Part shown: positions 50,905 to 63,813 of the stretch, piece by piece
Numbering within the stretch: the first letter of the stretch is position 1
Layout: every line of letters starts with the position of its first letter
Source: Neovahlkampfia damariscottae
Taxonomy: Eukaryota
Direction: 5' to 3'
Length of the DNA: 64,000 nt
Assembly: GCA_016618085.1 (NCBI GenBank)
Contig: JABLTG010000042.1
Location: 1 to 64,000 of the forward strand
Translations under genes and position numbers: made by a program
The notes under the pieces: model-generated
What the model saw: only the letters and a program-made list of their open reading frames with translations
The model's database searches: none
Told to the model about the DNA's origin: nothing

Positions 50905-52822
50905 ATGTCCACAAATTTCGAAACCACCTCGTCAAAGAGAAAAGTTGATGAAGATCAAGCTTCAGAAAAAAGACGAAAATACGTACATGATGAACACCTT
51001 TCTGAGAGAGACAAAGAAAGAGAAAGACAAAGATTGGAAAGAGAAGAAAGACAAAAAAAAGGATTGGCAACTTCCAAACCTCTTCTAAAAACTGAAGAAA
51101 AAAAAAACAGTTTATCAAGCAACTTAAAAACTGGTGGTGTTTATATTCCACCATTTAAATTAAAAAGAAGTCAAATACCAGTTAAAGATAAAAAGTCTAT
51201 TGAATTCCAAAGAATTAATTGGGATGCTTTGAAAAAATCGATAAATGGGATTGTGAACAAGGTAAGAATAGTTTTTTTGAATGCTAAGTTCAAAGGTAAA
51301 TATTGCGAACATAACAAATATTATTCCTGAGCTATTTGCTGAAAACTTAGTGAGAGGAAGAGGTTTATTATGTAGAGCTATTATCAAAGCACAACAAGCT
51401 TCACCAAATTTTACAAGAGTATATGCTGCTTTGATTGCAGTCATCAATACAAAAATGCCAGAAATAGGTGAATTAATTTTACAAAGAATTGTAATTGGAT
51501 TTAGAAAATCATACAAAAGAAATGATAAAGTAAAATGTTTATCATTTGCAACATTCATTGCTCATTTTGTCAATCAACAAGTTGTACATGAGATTTTAGC
51601 TGGACAAATTATTGGTTTACTTTTAGAAAGACCAACAGATGATTCAGTTGAATTAGCTGTTAATTTTACAAAAGAATGTGGTTATGTTTTAAATGCTATT
51701 TCACCAAAAATTTTAAACGCAGTTTTTGAAAGATTTAGAGGTATTCTTCATGAAGGTGAAATTGATAAAAGAGTTCAATATATGATTGAAGGTTTATTTT
51801 CAGAAAGAAAAAAGAATTTTGATAATTTTCCAGGAATTATTAAAGAATTAGATTTAGTTGAACAAAGTGATCAAATTACACATGAAATTGAATTAGATGA
51901 TAAATTACAAAAAGAAGATCAATTAGATTATTTTCATTATGATAAAGATTTTGAAGAAAATGAAGAACAATATAAATTAATTAAAGATGAAATTTTAGGA
52001 AATGTTGAAGAAGAAGAAGAAGAATATGAAGAAGATTCAAAAGAAATGGAAGAAGAAGAAGATACTAAAAATAAGAAAATTGAAATTGAAACTCATGATA
52101 AAAACTTACTTGATATTGTTCAATTAAAAAGACAAATTTATTTAACAATTATGTCATCTGTTAATTTTGAAGAAACAGTTCATAAATTAGTAAAAGCAGG
52201 TTTAACAGAAGGAAGAGAAATGGAAGTTTGTTCAATGATTATTGAATGTTGTTGTCAAGAAAGAAGTTATTCTAGATATTATGGTTTAGTTGGTCAAAGA
52301 TTTTGTCAATTAGATCAAATATTTCAACAAAAATTTGATATTTGTTTTAAAGAACAATATGCAATGATACATCGTTTAGAAACAAACAAATTAAGAAATG
52401 TTGCCAAATTTTTTGCTCACTTACTTTCATCTGATAGTTTATCATGGACAGTTATGGAATATATACATTTAAATCAAGAAGAAACTACCTCAAGTAGTAG
52501 AATTTTTGTGAAAATATTATTTCAAGAATTATGTGAAACCTTGGGATTGAAAAAATTACATTTAAGATTACAAGATGTTTATCTCAAAGATCATTTTAAT
52601 GGAATATTTCCAACAGATACTCAAAAAAATATGAGATTCGCAATCAACTTTTTTACATCAATTGGTTTAGGTGGTTTGACAGAGGAGTTACGTGAAAAAT
52701 TAAAAAATGCACCAAAAACTATCAAACAAGATGAAAGTTCATCTGACTCAGATTCAAGTGATTCAGATTCAGATTCAAGTGATTCAGATTCAAGTGATAG
52801 TGAAAATGATCAAAAAAAATGA
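50905..52822 (+). CDS. CWC22: Pre-mRNA splicing factor CWC22
   Basis: TGGVYIPPFKL, WDALKKSINGIVNK, MIF4G and MA3 domains, RFAINFFTSIGLGGLT. Confidence 0.97.
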
Positions 52823-52899
52823 AAAAACAAAAATAAATAATTTCATTGGTGGTTTTTTGTCCAATTATTTCCTAAACTGCTTCATTCGAACAATTCGTT

Positions 52900-54326
52900 A
52901 TGACTGACCTTGATGAACTAGAAGCTTTAATTGAAGCACCTTTTAAACAACAACAAGATCAAAAAGAACCTGAAGTAAGTTACCAAACAATAGTTAATTG
53001 TTTTCAAAATAGAAAGAAGACGAAAAATCTAAAAAGCGTTCAAGAAGTGAAGACGAACAATTTGAAAAATATAAAAAGAGAGAATACTCAAAATCACCTG
53101 AAAGAAGAAGAAGTCGAGAAAACTATAATTCAAGAGACAGATATTCTCACTCCAGAAGAAGCGACGATAGAGATTATAGACGTGAAAGAGATGATAGACA
53201 TCGTAGCAGCAGAAGACATTCTAGAGAAAGATATGATTCTAGAAATAAATACTCTAGAAGAGATGACAGAAGAGAAGAAAGAAGACGTTCAAAATCACCT
53301 AAAGAAAGAGGTTTAAATTTCAAATATGAAGAATCTTCAAGAAGAAAAAGAAGAGATTCTGAAGAATTTGAGTATGCTCCTGCTGATCATACACTAACAG
53401 ATGAACAACGTGAAAAAAGAACAATATTCGTTTATAATTTATCTGTAGAAACGAATGAAAAACAAATTGCTCTGTTCTTCAATAAAGTTGGAAGAATAAG
53501 AGATGTAAAACTTATAAAAGATCGTTTTACTAATCGTTCGAAAGGTTTTGGTTTTGTTGAATTCACAGAAGCATCTTCTGTGGAGGAAGCATTAAGATTA
53601 ACAGGAAAAAAACTCGATGATCATACAGTAATGGTGAAAACATCAGATGCAGACAAAAATTTAACTCACGGTAAAGATCCTAATGCTGTTGTTTTACCAC
53701 AAAAAACTGCTCGTCGTATTACACAACTCTTTGTCTCTGGTATTCCAAGTTGTATCACAGAAGAGGATTTAAAGAATCTTTTTGAAACATTAGGAAAAGT
53801 AGTTTATGTTAGCATTGACAAAAGTGAAGAAGAAACAAAAACTGGATGGATAAAATATAAAACACCTGAAGATGCAAAGAAAGGATTGATTAAAATCAAT
53901 AATTTGGATCTTGGTGGTGGATTTTTAATCAATGTAAGTTTAGCACAATTGCCAAATGAATTTGAAGATGTTGAACAAAAAGAAAACATTCAAAAAAAAG
54001 CCAACAAATTACTTGAAAAAATGGAATTGGAAAATATTCAATCAAAATGTGTAATGTTAACAAATATGTTTGATCCAATGACTGAAGAAAATCCAAACTT
54101 TGAACTTGAAATTGAAGAAGATGTTAAAGAAGGATGTTCTGATTGTGGAAAAATTGAACATATTTATGTTGACAAAAAATCAAAAGGAAATGTTTATGTG
54201 AAATTTGATTCAATTGAATCTGCAGCAAAAGCAAAAAATGAATTACATGGAAGATATTTTGATGGAAAAATGATTGTTGTTCATTATATTGTTGAAAAAA
54301 TTTATGACTCAAAATTTATGAAATAA
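52900..54326 (+). CDS. RBM39/CAPER-like splicing factor (RS region, RRMs, UHM)
   Basis: LEALIEAPF N-terminus, RS-rich exon, RSKGFGFVEF RNP1, C-terminal LTNMFDP..ELHGRYFDGK UHM. Confidence 0.88.
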
Positions 54327-54369
54327 ATTTTAAAATTTAATTTTTTGTTTTATTATTGGTCCATTCAAG

Positions 54370-55785
54370 ATGAAAAAAAGAAAAGTAATGGCAATGGGAG
54401 AAAACAAAGGTCAATTGGGATCACTTCGAGAAAGTATGAAAATACCTTCAATATCTATTCCAACAGAAATAAAAATTGAAGAAAATATAAAAAAAGTAGT
54501 TGGTAACTGAAACAATTATTTTTAATTTTTTAGGAGGATTTTCTTCCACCATTATAATAACAAATGATGGAAAGATTTATGGTTTTGGTGAATCAAGTTC
54601 TGGTCAACTTGGAATTAAAAGTGATTCAATCATTTATGAACCAACAGAAATATTATCTGTGAAAAATTTGAATATAATTGATGTTGCTTGTGGATATAGT
54701 CACACTTTATTATTAGATAATCAATTTAATGTATGGTCTTTTGGTAATAATGGAAGTAAATATATTATCATTTTTATTTTTGAAATTAAAGATGGACAGT
54801 TGGGAAGAAATCTTTTTAATGTTTCAAAAACAGAAAAAATAGATAAAATTAAAATTAACATAAGGTTTAAATCGATATTTTGTGGATATTATCATAGTTT
54901 AATACTTTCTGGTTTTTTGTTATAAAAATAGGTTCTAACAAATTTAAATAGAAAATAATGAATTATTCACATTTGGATCTGGTTCATCTGGTCAACTCGG
55001 ACTTGGTGATGATTCAGATCAATTTTTTCCACAAAAGATTGGATTTTTTTCGAATAATGTAAAATGTTGTGGAGCTGGAAGAAATCACTCTATTGGTATT
55101 GTTTTTAATTTCTAACATTACAAAGTAATTTTGAAATCAGGTGAATGTTACTCTTTTGGATCAAGTAAGATCTTTAATTTTAAACCATGAAAGATATTGA
55201 AGGTCAATTAGGTCAACCTGAAACAATTAGTCAAACTGATATGCCAATGAAAATTGAATTATTTGGTATTAATAAATGTATTGCAAAAAATTCATCTGCA
55301 GGCTATTATTTTAGTGGTATAACAACAGAATGTGGGAAATTATTTATGTTTGGAAACAATGCATATCATCGTCTTGGTCTACACAAGTTTGGGAATTATT
55401 TTGAACCTATTTTTGTTGATTTTTTTAAAGATATTCAAATTGATGATGTAAAATGTGGTGGATATCATACTCTGTGCAGAACAAGTATTCCATTTCATAC
55501 ATTTAATTTATTTAGAAAATGGTAAGGTATTTACCTTTGGAAATGGTGGATTTGGTCAAATTGGTAATGGTGAAACAAAAAATCAGTATCCTCCCTTTAA
55601 GATTGATTTGGATGAATTTTGTGGTTCAATTTCTGTTGGAGGTAATTTTTGATTTATTGATTTTGAAATAAGGTTGGCATTCTCTGATGTTAATTGGTGA
55701 AGAGTATGATCATTTTATTGACTCACTGCATATAAAATTAAAATCAAATGTATTTTGTGACATTAAAATAAATTTGGAGAATTGA
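54370..55785 (+). CDS. RCC1-repeat protein
   Basis: Repeated GxNxxGQLG and CGxxH motifs across about 8 exons. Confidence 0.88.
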
Positions 55786-55831
55786 TTATTTCCCTCTTTT
55801 TTTTTTTGTCCAATTAAATTAAGTGAAGAAA

Positions 55832-56152
55832 ATGTCTGGATCAATTAGAACCGTTATAAGTGTGGCTTCATTAAGTCTTGCTGGATACTATTATCATAAA
55901 TACTCAGACCTCTCTGTTAGATATGAAAAATTACAACAAAAACATAAACTGGAATTTGAAAACTTAAAAAACTATTTTATTGAAAAACTTGAAACAGAGG
56001 AGAATGAACCAAAAATCGAAAAATTGGATAAAAAAGAAATTAAAAGTGAATTTAAAATAGATGTTAAGGTTGAAAAAGACCTAACTTATTCCGAAAAAGC
56101 TAAAAATCTTTTATTTGATGAGAATTTTAGAATAAAACGAAGATTTATTTAA
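55832..56152 (+). CDS. Small single-TM coiled-coil hypothetical protein
   Basis: ORF with N-terminal hydrophobic helix; CCAAT upstream. Confidence 0.55.
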   Translation: MSGSIRTVISVASLSLAGYYYHKYSDLSVRYEKLQQKHKLEFENLKNYFIEKLETEENEPKIEKLDKKEIKSEFKIDVKVEKDLTYSEKAKNLLFDENFRIKRRFI

Positions 56153-56153
56153 T

Positions 56154-56537
56154 TCAGTTTTTTTTCTTTAGTAATTCCAATTCTTTTCTTTCCTTTTCCA
56201 ATTCTATTTGTAATTCTTCATATTTCTTGTCATAAGTAAATTCTACTCTCTTGAGAAAAATAAATGAAAAAAAGTGTTGACTTACTTTCTCTGGGTCATT
56301 TGAAAAAACTAAAGTATAAAATTTAGATTATAAAATTCTATTACATCTTAAATATAATACAACACCACAAGTCATTAAAGTTGAAGTAGCATACCATAGA
56401 TATTTTCTTTTCGAAATGGAATGTATTTGTGTTGTATTTAAAGTAGAATTCAAATTACCTGACATTCCAATATTTAAATAATTCTTCAAACTTTTTTTCA
56501 AAAATTTAAAAATGGATTCCTTTTTTTCTTCAACCAT
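56154..56537 (-). CDS. Small single-TM hypothetical protein
   Basis: Three-exon model with a hydrophobic helix (YLWYATSTLMTCGVVLYL) and coiled-coil tail. Confidence 0.5.
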
Positions 56538-56592
56538 TTTTTGATGATGAAGAATGATTATTGGTTGAATTCAATAAGTTAGATCTTTTTAT

Positions 56593-57567
56593 TTAATAAT
56601 TTTTAGGTAATTCATTTATTAATTGATTTATAAAATCCATTGTATTTAAATCATTTTTTAATTTTATTTTATGAGATAAGACATTTGACGAAATTAAATT
56701 TACATCTGAATAGGTAACAAAAGATTTTGAATTTAAAACAGCAAATGATTTTGATGCTATTTCTAAAGATTTAATTGAACTTGTTAATGGTTTTATTATA
56801 ACATCATTTTGTAAACGAATTGAAACTATAATATCTCTACAATATTGTTCAATTAAATTTGATAATTTTAAATTTTGAAAAGATGATTGTAATGATTTTA
56901 ATTGTAAATTATTTGAAATATCTTTTGATTCTTTATTACAAAATAATAAAAATTGATTTAATAAATTTAAATTTAAATTTGATATTGAATTAAAAGTTGA
57001 AAAGAACATTAAATTTGGATTTAATAAAAAGGTCTTTCCTTTAATTTCAAACTTTTTATGAATCATAATTTCCATTAAAATATTTTGTGTTTTTTTATTT
57101 AATTTATCAATATTATATAGAATAGAAATATTATTTTGTAAATATGGTGGTGTATTATCATCTTTAATATCTTCTTCACTTGATTCAATATTTTTATTTT
57201 TTTGAAAATTATGTTTTGCTGATACTAAAATACGATTCTTTGTTGGTTTTTTTGATAATATTATTTCCGTTATCGTTTCTTCATCTTCATCATCTTCATC
57301 ATCTTCTTCTTGTTGTTCATCATAATCACCACTACGTAAACTATTTGTTTCTTTTTTTCTAAATTTTGGTATTGGATTTGGTGGTTGAATAAAAAATATG
57401 AACAATTCATCAGCTGTTGTATTCTTTGAACAATATAAAATTGAACATGTTTCAGTATAAAGTGATATTATATTTTGTATAATTTCAATATTCTTAAATT
57501 TTGATGTGTCAACTAATAATGATTCTTGACAAGCAAAACAACTCAATAAACATTCACTCAAATTCAT
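56593..57567 (-). CDS. Degenerate MoxR/Mg-chelatase-like AAA+ protein (Mtc2-like)
   Basis: NIDKLNKKTQNILMEIM, IEQYCRDIIVSIR, FVTYSDV..VLSHKI; Walker A absent. Confidence 0.6.
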   Translation of the reverse strand: MNLSECLLSCFACQESLLVDTSKFKNIEIIQNIISLYTETCSILYCSKNTTADELFIFFIQPPNPIPKFRKKETNSLRSGDYDEQQEEDDEDDEDEETITEIILSKKPTKNRILVSAKHNFQKNKNIESSEEDIKDDNTPPYLQNNISILYNIDKLNKKTQNILMEIMIHKKFEIKGKTFLLNPNLMFFSTFNSISNLNLNLLNQFLLFCNKESKDISNNLQLKSLQSSFQNLKLSNLIEQYCRDIIVSIRLQNDVIIKPLTSSIKSLEIASKSFAVLNSKSFVTYSDVNLISSNVLSHKIKLKNDLNTMDFINQLINELPKNY

Positions 57568-57610
57568 TGGTTGAATTTTTTAAAGATTTGATTGGATAAT
57601 TATAGTTTAT

Positions 57611-58771
57611 TTATAATTTTGATTTTTTTAATATTTGATTTATTTTTTCAAGAATCATTTGTGCTGAACCTAATGATAATGTAACACCTGCACCACCATG
57701 ACCATAATTATGAATTACTTTTGAATCATTTATTATTTCCAATTCCAATCTAACTTTTGATCTAACAGGTCTCAAACCAACAGCACTTGATATAATTTGA
57801 CCATTTTGAATTTCTGGAAATAAATTTGATGCTGCTTTTTTTATAATTCTTTCTTGATCATCTTTATTTATTTCTAAATTTAATGAATATTTTGACATTC
57901 CACCAACAATTATTGTATTATTTAATCTTGGAATTACATATGGAATTATTTCAGGATCATCAATATCAAAATCTTCTTGACAATGAAATTCATTAATATT
58001 TGATTTCATTATTAATACATGTCCTTTTTTTGGCGTCATTTCTTTATCATTTGGACCTACAAGAAATGAGAAATATTTGTTGAGATTTACATAAATCAAC
58101 TGCACCTGAACCACAACAATTAACAATTAAATCAAATTTTTTTAAAAATGTTTCTTCTTTCAATGGTTTTAATTCTTTAATCAATAATTTTCCATTTAAA
58201 TTTAAGAATCTTTTTAAAAGAAATTCTAAAAAAATTGGACTATCAATACAAGGTGATGTAAATTCTATTCCATAATCATATAAATTATGTAGAGATTTCT
58301 TTAAAATATCATTTTTATCATTTGATTGATTTATATATTTTGGTTGAAATTTATTGGTCATCCAAACTAATTATTCAATAATTTAAATATTCATTGTTTA
58401 CTTGGTATTTCAAGAAAATTCTTTGTCAAAGAATATCCTTTTCTTAAAATAATACCTGTTTCATTTGATGGAAATTTCTTTCGAAGAAGTTCAAATTCAT
58501 CAAATGAAATATCAACCATTCTTTGTATTTCATTATCAATAGTACAAAAAGCAGGTTCAAATAAAGCTCCTTCCCATTTTTGAATTTAAATTATATTTTG
58601 ACAAACCTGCCACTTGAGAACATGATTTAGATAAACTCTTTGTAACAATAGTGACGTTATGATAACCATTTTCTAAAAGTTTAACACCTGTTGATAATCC
58701 AATAACACCTTTGTTTAAGTTTAATATAGTTTACCTGAACCAATGATTAGAATGTTCACTTCACTCTTCAT
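57611..58771 (-). CDS. D-amino acid oxidase family FAD oxidoreductase
   Basis: ILIIGS|GVIGLSTG, SQVA|GA, IVNCCGSGA, YVIPR, VGLRPVR, IHNYGHGGAGVTLSLG, C-terminal SKL (PTS1). Confidence 0.92.
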
Positions 58772-58817
58772 TCAATAATTTTGTTTTAACCAATAAAAAG
58801 AAAAAAAGAATTGTTCT

Positions 58818-59981
58818 TTATTGTATTTTTGATTTTTCAACTGATTCAAATAATTTATCAAAACTGTCTCCAACTCCATTTATTGGTGTTGGAGAAAGTT
58901 TTGGTTCTGAATTAAAATTTGGATAATAATCAGCAGATAACTTGTTTTCGATTTGTTCAGATTGTTCGTTTTCTTTTGTTACATCAACGTTGGAATTTAA
59001 TTCATTATGAATAGGTGAACTAATGTTTAATTTTTCTTGTTCAGGTAATGAAGCATTTGTTGATTGAAAACTTGTTTCCAACAGTAAAGGTTCAGGCATA
59101 TGATTTAATGGTTGTGGTGCCATTGTTGTTGAATTATTAAGATCTTGAGAAAAATTTTCAACAACAGGAGCATTTGGTAATTGACTGATTCCTGTAGAAA
59201 TATCTGACAATGGTAAGTCATTTGGTAAATTATCTACAATGTTTGATAGAACAGAGAACTTTGAAGAATCAATGTTTTGATCAGTTTCGTTTGGTTGTTG
59301 TTCTCCATGTTTTGTATCATTTATATTTAGAGTAGTTTCACTATTATGATCTAAATTAGGTGTTTGAGGTGTTATAATATATTCCATTCCTCCTTGTTGA
59401 GTTGGATTCAATAAATCTTTTTGAGGTAAAACTAATTCAGATAAAGTTGGTTCTGTTAATTTTGAAACTTCTTCAATAATTTTATCAGTTTTTGGAACTA
59501 TTTCTCCATTTTCATTTTGATTTAATAAACTTGATTTTATATTCATTCTTTCATTGCATCTTGAAATTGAATTTGAAACATTGATCGAGGTATTTATTAA
59601 AACATTTTCGTTTGTTGAATTTGTTGGTACATACTGATTGATGTTCAATATTTTTGGTAGTTGAACTTGATTCTTTTTGACTGAATTAAACTGTTTCACC
59701 AGTACAGTTCCATTTTGAAATGGTGGCAATAAATTAGGCTTTTGAATTTTTTGAATCGCTGGAAATATTTTAGACGGTTTTGGCTGTGAATAATTGCTGT
59801 CTCTACATTCAATACCTGCTTCTTTGCAGTGTTTGCAAGGTCTTTCAAATCCACATCGTTGATGTCTTGAACGACAACTCAAGCATGCTTTTGACACTCT
59901 AACTCTTCCATTTGTATTTGGATGAATTTTCTTCTTTTTTTTTAAGTTTTTTCTATTTCTTGTTTCACTTTCCACTTCCAT
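58818..59981 (-). CDS. Zn(II)2Cys6 binuclear-cluster transcription factor
   Basis: RVSKACLSCRSRHQRCGFERPCKHCKEAGIEC followed by a long low-complexity region. Confidence 0.88.
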   Translation of the reverse strand: MEVESETRNRKNLKKKKKIHPNTNGRVRVSKACLSCRSRHQRCGFERPCKHCKEAGIECRDSNYSQPKPSKIFPAIQKIQKPNLLPPFQNGTVLVKQFNSVKKNQVQLPKILNINQYVPTNSTNENVLINTSINVSNSISRCNERMNIKSSLLNQNENGEIVPKTDKIIEEVSKLTEPTLSELVLPQKDLLNPTQQGGMEYIITPQTPNLDHNSETTLNINDTKHGEQQPNETDQNIDSSKFSVLSNIVDNLPNDLPLSDISTGISQLPNAPVVENFSQDLNNSTTMAPQPLNHMPEPLLLETSFQSTNASLPEQEKLNISSPIHNELNSNVDVTKENEQSEQIENKLSADYYPNFNSEPKLSPTPINGVGDSFDKLFESVEKSKIQ

Positions 59982-60070
59982 CTTCTCTTCAAATTATAAA
60001 ATTCCGATTGGTTTAATAACCGGAATAAAAAGTCCGAACCAATCAAATATTTTCCTCAAAATTTTTATTA

Positions 60071-61903
60071 TTATTCTTGTTCCAAATACTCAAAGTCTTC
60101 ATCATCTTCTTCTTCTTCTTTTTCTTTTTCTTTTGCTTTCAATTGAAATACGTAATATGTTAATAAACCAATCACCACTAAAAGTATAACAGTGGTTGCA
60201 GAATACAATGTGATAAAGAAATATAAATCAACAACTGGTTTATCATCAGGGTCTTCATAAACACCATTATATAAATCAGCAACACCAAAATATTTAAAAT
60301 TGGATTCTGGTTCTCCTCTGAATGAGATTGGTAATAAAAGTGATAAACATCCATTTGATGGTTCAACATCTGGATTTTGTAAAAATGACATTAAAATTTG
60401 CATTCCACAATCATCATTTGTTCCATTTGTTGATGACACAGGTGAATTCATAATTACAAAATGATTTGCATTTGAAATAATATAGGAGTATTTGTTTTTT
60501 GAAATAATATTTTTTGAAAATTCTTCTGCATACTTCAATGGTGTTTGTGAATCAATTTTTGAACTTAAAATTAAAACCGAAACATCATTATCCGAAAAAG
60601 TTTTGTTAAAGAATTCATTTTTTTCTGAAATTGGCCATTGATTAATTAAGTCAAATGATTTATAAGAATTTCCAAATCCAAAATAACTATCTTTGTATTT
60701 TTGTTTTAATTCTTCACTTGAAGGTATATTATTCATTGTACCCCAAAGTTCAGAATAAAATACATGTCTTTTCATTATGGAAGAATGTTGTGGTGTTGAT
60801 AATGGAACTGAATTTCTTTCTTCATACAATTCAATTGATTTATGTAAAACTGGTACATCATATTCATCACATCTATCTAAACGAAATAATAAAGCAGGTA
60901 ACACATCTCTACTATAATAATTCATTGTTAATTCAGCCATAAAATTTCTCCAAAAATCAATGTTATGCTCTGTTGTGACTTCTGAACAAGTGCCATTCAA
61001 AAATACTCTTTCAAAAACTTTTGAAACATATTCTTTCACATTTTTTTGAAATAATTCTCCTGATGGTCCGGTTTCAAGGGTTTCTTTTGAACAGTAATAA
61101 TTTTTTTGACATTCTTTTAAAATTTCAATTCCAGCTTCATTTATATTTTCGTCTTGGTGGTAAAAAAGTGTTCTATTTTTGTCATCGCCTGATGGTGAAA
61201 AAGGACTATCAAGAATAACAGCTGAAACTAAACTTGGCTTCATTTGCATCAATTGATTGATTACTAAACTTCCATATGACAATCCATAAATAAAAACTTT
61301 TTTGTTAGATTTAATATTTTTTAAAATTTCATAAATGTCTTTTGCAATAGTGCTGGTTGAAAATCCATTAACTTCATTTTTTGGATAATTTTCTTTGAAT
61401 TCTTCAATACAAGATGGAAATTCTTCTTCAGTTATTCTTACACCTCCTTCGGAGCCAGATGTTTCTGCTTGTGTATGGATACATGATAAACGTTCAGATC
61501 TACCAACACCTCGATGTTCAATACTATAAATATCAAAGTCTCCTTTTAATTTTGTAAAAAGAGTATCCATTAAAAAATCTAATTCTGAGCTTGATTTTCC
61601 TAAAGAACCACCAGAAAGAAACAAAATATTATTTGAACTGGTTGATATCTTTCTTTTCAAGTGAACTTTAATTTTTTTTTCTCCAGTAGTGCCATTTAGT
61701 AAGTTGGTTTTAAAAATTGAACATTCTGCTTGTTCGATTAATTTTTTATCAATAGAATTTATGGTTTTTTGATAATTTTTTCCACCAGAAACTGAAAATG
61801 TTTTGGTTTTGATTATATTTGTGTACAGATTACATTGTTTCCATGTAAGTTGAGAAGAGCAAACTCCGAAGAAAAAAACCGCAACAAATAATTTCCAAAT
61901 CAT
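60071..61903 (-). CDS. Membrane-anchored alpha/beta hydrolase (TAP-like peptidase)
   Basis: Signal peptide, EHRGVGRSERLSC, YGLSYGS nucleophile motif, DSQTP, ANH, C-terminal TM; intronless. Confidence 0.85.
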   Translation of the reverse strand: MIWKLFVAVFFFGVCSSQLTWKQCNLYTNIIKTKTFSVSGGKNYQKTINSIDKKLIEQAECSIFKTNLLNGTTGEKKIKVHLKRKISTSSNNILFLSGGSLGKSSSELDFLMDTLFTKLKGDFDIYSIEHRGVGRSERLSCIHTQAETSGSEGGVRITEEEFPSCIEEFKENYPKNEVNGFSTSTIAKDIYEILKNIKSNKKVFIYGLSYGSLVINQLMQMKPSLVSAVILDSPFSPSGDDKNRTLFYHQDENINEAGIEILKECQKNYYCSKETLETGPSGELFQKNVKEYVSKVFERVFLNGTCSEVTTEHNIDFWRNFMAELTMNYYSRDVLPALLFRLDRCDEYDVPVLHKSIELYEERNSVPLSTPQHSSIMKRHVFYSELWGTMNNIPSSEELKQKYKDSYFGFGNSYKSFDLINQWPISEKNEFFNKTFSDNDVSVLILSSKIDSQTPLKYAEEFSKNIISKNKYSYIISNANHFVIMNSPVSSTNGTNDDCGMQILMSFLQNPDVEPSNGCLSLLLPISFRGEPESNFKYFGVADLYNGVYEDPDDKPVVDLYFFITLYSATTVILLVVIGLLTYYVFQLKAKEKEKEEEEDDEDFEYLEQE

Positions 61904-62059
61904 TTCCAAAACAAATGATTGGACCAAATAAACCTATAATAAATCTACTTGTCCAGTTAAAAATTTTTCAGAAGAAGTGAAAAAAAAATTAAAAAAAAAA
62001 TTGGACATTTATCCAATCAATATTCATTGACCGTTAGCCAATCAAACAGTTCTTGTACA

Positions 62060-63813
62060 ATGTCAAACAAAAATCGGCAGTTTGTAGAGATTCAAGCTTC
62101 ACACATTGAGAATCCTTTGGACATTCACACCTTCAAACTAGAATATGGATCATATTGGAAAGATTTTTTTGAACTTGCAGAAATCAAATTTAAACGTGGA
62201 TGTTCAAGAGTATTTTGGAACACACACCAATCCACAGGAGAAATATATTTTGATGCAATTGTAACTGAAGGTTTCTTTAAAGATAACAACCAAGTTTTAT
62301 TTACGGGTCAATTTGGGTACAAACCACCACAAAAAATAAAAAAAAAAAATAGTGGAAGTTTTTTTGGAAATAATTTAATATCTTCAAAAAATACAAACCG
62401 AGGATCAAAAGATTCACCAAGAGAACTTGAAATTAATGAATTTGCTGAAATTAGTTACCCAGTAAAAAAAAAAAAAAAAAAATTAATGTATTTTGAAGAT
62501 AAACTTTAAATCTGGTATAAGTATAAAAACCGATTCAAAAGATGGGTCTTTAACTGGTGTTCCTTCAAGTTGGCAAGGTATGATTGGAGAAGAAGACAAT
62601 ATCAAGCATATGAAATTAGACGAAGAAGTTCAAATACCTGAACAATTAAAAGTACAAAGAAAATATGAAACTAATGGATTTAATCCTAATGGTGAAATAT
62701 CTAGACCTCAAGGAATGATAAGAACAACAACTGATACTATGAAAATATTACCACCTGAGATTAGAAGACTATTAGAAGATAAACAAAGTCAACCTTCAAA
62801 TTTTATAATAAAATCAAATACAAATGAAGAAGATGACCAAAAAGTTGAAGACTCTTCAAGAGGTTCAGGTGAATCAAAGAAACCACATTTACAAGATTAT
62901 CTTTCAATTGAAGATCCTTCAGAATTATTTTTAGATATTAAAAAAATTGAAAATACAGATAATCATTTTCAAGCTATAAATGCAAAAGATGGTTGGATAT
63001 GTTGTATTGAAGTAATTCCTATTGACGAACGTACAAATATTGAAGCATTAGAAAATCAACTATTTATCAACGATGAACTTTCAAGTAAAGTCAATTTACC
63101 AAAACTTTATGGTTGTTATTGTAATGCGCAAGATTTATGGGTTAGATTTTTTTAACTTTAATTCACATAATTTAGATTGTAACAGAATTTATTGAAGGTG
63201 AAACTTTAGAACAAAAATTGAAAAAAGAAAAAGAATTTAAAGAAGAAGATATAAGAAAAATAGCAAAATCTATTTTAGAAAATTTGAAAATATTTGAAGA
63301 AAATTTGCTGGTATATGGTAATTTAGCTTGTAGAAATATTTTGATCACCGAAGATAAAATGTATTTCAGTAAGAAAAAATTATTTAAAAAAAAAAAAAAA
63401 AAAATAGCTAGCTTATTATATTCTGTAATTTTGAATCAAAAAGGTGATAAAATATTCTCAGATCAAGGAAATCCATGTATTATTCAATTTTGTTTATTAA
63501 CCATTTATTCATAGATTACATGGCACCAGAAATAATAATAGGGAAGAGTGGATATGATATGAGTGCAGATATTTGGAGTTTTGGGTTAATTATGATTGTT
63601 TTAGCGAAGGGTGTACATCCATATTCACTTTTAACACCAATGGAAGCTATGATTGAAATTGTAACAAAATCACCCCCTTCATTGGATGACGAAACTCAAT
63701 TTTCTTCAGCTTTTATCAATTTTGTTTCGTGTTGTTTATCACCAAAACCAAAAAAAAGAGCAAATGTTTCTGTATTATTAAATCATCCTTTTATAACAAA
63801 TGGTGATAAATAA
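62060..63813 (+). CDS. PAK/STE20-like kinase, probably pseudokinase
   Basis: CRIB-like EFAEISYP|INFK..LTGVPSSW; YMAPE, SADIWSFG, LLNHPF; HRD replaced by YGN and DFG absent. Confidence 0.8.

Noticed and set aside
52900..53316. 138-aa ORF as a standalone gene
   Set aside because: After the first intron the true frame is the RS-rich region of RBM39
54752..54791. Possible second GA donor in the RCC1 gene
   Set aside because: Canonical GTAAAT donor 3 nt downstream gives the expected FGNNGNGQLG
3039..63813. Alternative genetic code or programmed frameshifting to explain fragmented ORFs
   Set aside because: Breaks in the conserved genes examined are resolved by short spliceosomal introns; TAA, TAG and TGA all act as stops
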